A DNA stretch of 64,000 bases from Chitinophagaceae bacterium (GTDB taxonomy: Bacteria; Bacteroidota; Bacteroidia; Chitinophagales; Chitinophagaceae), in NCBI GenBank assembly GCA_021299955.1, contig JAJTFQ010000013.1, positions 11,075 to 75,074 on the forward strand. The letters are read 5' to 3'. A program made the translations under genes and the position numbers. This document shows, piece after piece, positions 62,745-64,000 of the stretch. The notes beneath the pieces are model-generated. The model did not search any database, had not been told where the DNA came from, and was given only the letters and a program-made list of their open reading frames with translations. The first letter of the stretch is position 1, and the number at the start of each line of letters is the position of its first letter.

Positions 62745-63549
62745 CGGGAAACTGAAGTTTTTTTAGGGGATAGCTGTTCATGTTGACGGAGAAGCCGCCA
62801 TCGATGGTCAGGCAGGTACCGGTGATGAATGATGCCTCCGCTGAACAGAGCCATACTACGGCATTTGCCACTTCCTCAGGATTGCCGGCGCGGCCAAGGG
62901 GGGTGGCATCCGTGATGTATCCTTCCAGTTTCCGGGCCATGCCGCCGGCCGCTGCATCCTGCTCATAATCCAGGCTGAGGCCCGTTTCAATGTATCCCGG
63001 GCGGACACAAAGCACCCGGATCCCGCTTCGTCCATAGGTCACCGCTGCTTCCCGGGTCAGTCCCTCCAATCCTGCCTTGACGGCGATATATGCGGGACTG
63101 TTCCCGGCGGCGCGGTCGGACATCATGCTGGATACGTTGATCATAACGCCACCTGTGCCCTGTTTCTCCATTGCTTCTGCGGCATGTTTGATAAGAAATG
63201 CCGGAGCCGTCAGACAGACATCCAGTGTGCGCTGCCAGGTTGCCCGGTCGATGTTACGCAGCGACTGCAGGGTTCTCCAGGCAGCATTATTGATCAGGAT
63301 GTCGATCTGCCCAAAGGTGCTCATGGCATGAGCAATCAGTTGTTCGGGAAAATCCGGATCGGCCAGATCACCAGCACATATTGTGACTTCCACACCGGGT
63401 CGGTCTGCCAGAGATTGTTGTACCACCTCCAGAGCAGACTCATCGAGATCATTGATGACGAGGTTGCATGCATGGCGGGCAAACCCCTGTGCGATGGCCT
63501 GACCAATGCCCCCCGCTGCTCCTGTAATGATGATGGTAGGATTTTTCAT
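62734..63549 (-). CDS. SDR oxidoreductase
   Basis: TGAAGGIG, INNAA, YIAVK, PLGR, IDGG. Confidence 0.92.
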   Translation of the reverse strand: MKNPTIIITGAAGGIGQAIAQGFARHACNLVINDLDESALEVVQQSLADRPGVEVTICAGDLADPDFPEQLIAHAMSTFGQIDILINNAAWRTLQSLRNIDRATWQRTLDVCLTAPAFLIKHAAEAMEKQGTGGVMINVSSMMSDRAAGNSPAYIAVKAGLEGLTREAAVTYGRSGIRVLCVRPGYIETGLSLDYEQDAAAGGMARKLEGYITDATPLGRAGNPEEVANAVVWLCSAEASFITGTCLTIDGGFSVNMNSYPLKKLQFPDEY

Positions 63550-63998
63550 GCCATCAAGTGCTTTACACGTTCATCGATCACACAAATGCCCCCAAGTGAA
63601 TCACCGGCCCTGACAATGGCTTCTGCACGTAAAAATAGCACCAGTCCATCATCCTCTGCAAAGACTTCCCTCCTGTCCCCGCGAAAGGGATCAAAAACAT
63701 ACCCCCAGAGATCCCCCCTGACCACCTCCTGACCAAGAACGACGGCTGCAACGAATATGCCGTCGGCCGGAGATGGCATTTTAGATTGCAAATGCCCCTG
63801 GTTGGGTCTTGCGTCTTCGACCCAACATGTGACTGATGCAGCGGGTTTGGTTGTTTCCGGTGAGACGAGTCCCAGCAGGGCCAGGACGCGCAGGCATCCC
63901 TCAACATAGGCTTCCTCGATATGAGGCCGTACAACGGATCCGCCGCCATACTCTACATACATGGAAGGTATGCCGGCATCCCGGGCCACAGATAGTGT
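63546..63998 (-). CDS. succinylglutamate desuccinylase/aspartoacylase (M14) family deacylase, C-terminal part (runs off window)
   Basis: GIPSMYVEYGGG catalytic Glu region followed by lipoyl-like SPADGIF..GQEV..GD tail. Confidence 0.72.
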   Translation of the reverse strand, partial: TLSVARDAGIPSMYVEYGGGSVVRPHIEEAYVEGCLRVLALLGLVSPETTKPAASVTCWVEDARPNQGHLQSKMPSPADGIFVAAVVLGQEVVRGDLWGYVFDPFRGDRREVFAEDDGLVLFLRAEAIVRAGDSLGGICVIDERVKHLMA

Positions 63999-64000
63999 TC

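Noticed and set aside
48230-64000. tRNA-Gln as integration site of a mobile island carrying the catabolic operon
   Set aside because: No integrase, transposase or duplicated tRNA 3' end visible in the window

Overview
Chromosomal segment of a Bacteroidota bacterium, probably Chitinophagaceae-like. This rests on TTTG-N17-20-TAnnTTTG promoters, A-rich Shine-Dalgarno-less starts, type IX secretion PorU/PorV-like genes and the rpsU-xerC-hpf-tRNA-tuf order. 1-24.3 kb: branched-chain amino acid operon (leuB-ilvD-ilvB-ilvN-ilvC-ilvA), nitrogen module (gltB-gltD, amt, outer-membrane beta-barrel), bactofilin, ppc, and thrABC preceded by an unannotated Thr/Ile-rich leader peptide. 24.4-26.1 kb: DTE-motif proteorhodopsin with a Gly at the carotenoid-antenna fenestration site, plus blh. 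26.9-40.6 kb: core cluster rpsU-xerC-hpf-4 tRNAs-tuf-tRNA-Trp-secE-nusG-rplKAJL-rpoB. It is interrupted by a LacI regulator and a histone-H1-like Lys/Ala protein, and rpoB stands alone without rpoC. 40.6-48.3 kb: PorU-like C25 peptidase, PorV-like barrel, tyrS, tRNA-Gln. 49.5-64 kb: a 14-gene minus-strand catabolic operon (2 sialidase-fold proteins, NanA-like aldolase, NanM-like kelch protein, SGNH esterase, MFS, two deacylases with one fused to a lactonase, aminotransferase, ThrC-like PLP enzyme, RidA, 2 SDRs, AKR). It is the best candidate for an undescribed pathway, possibly breakdown of 5,7-diamino nonulosonic acids (pseudaminic/legionaminic acid type). Seven genes carry lesions (deletions, a 7-bp duplication, a nonsense codon) that may be assembly errors.
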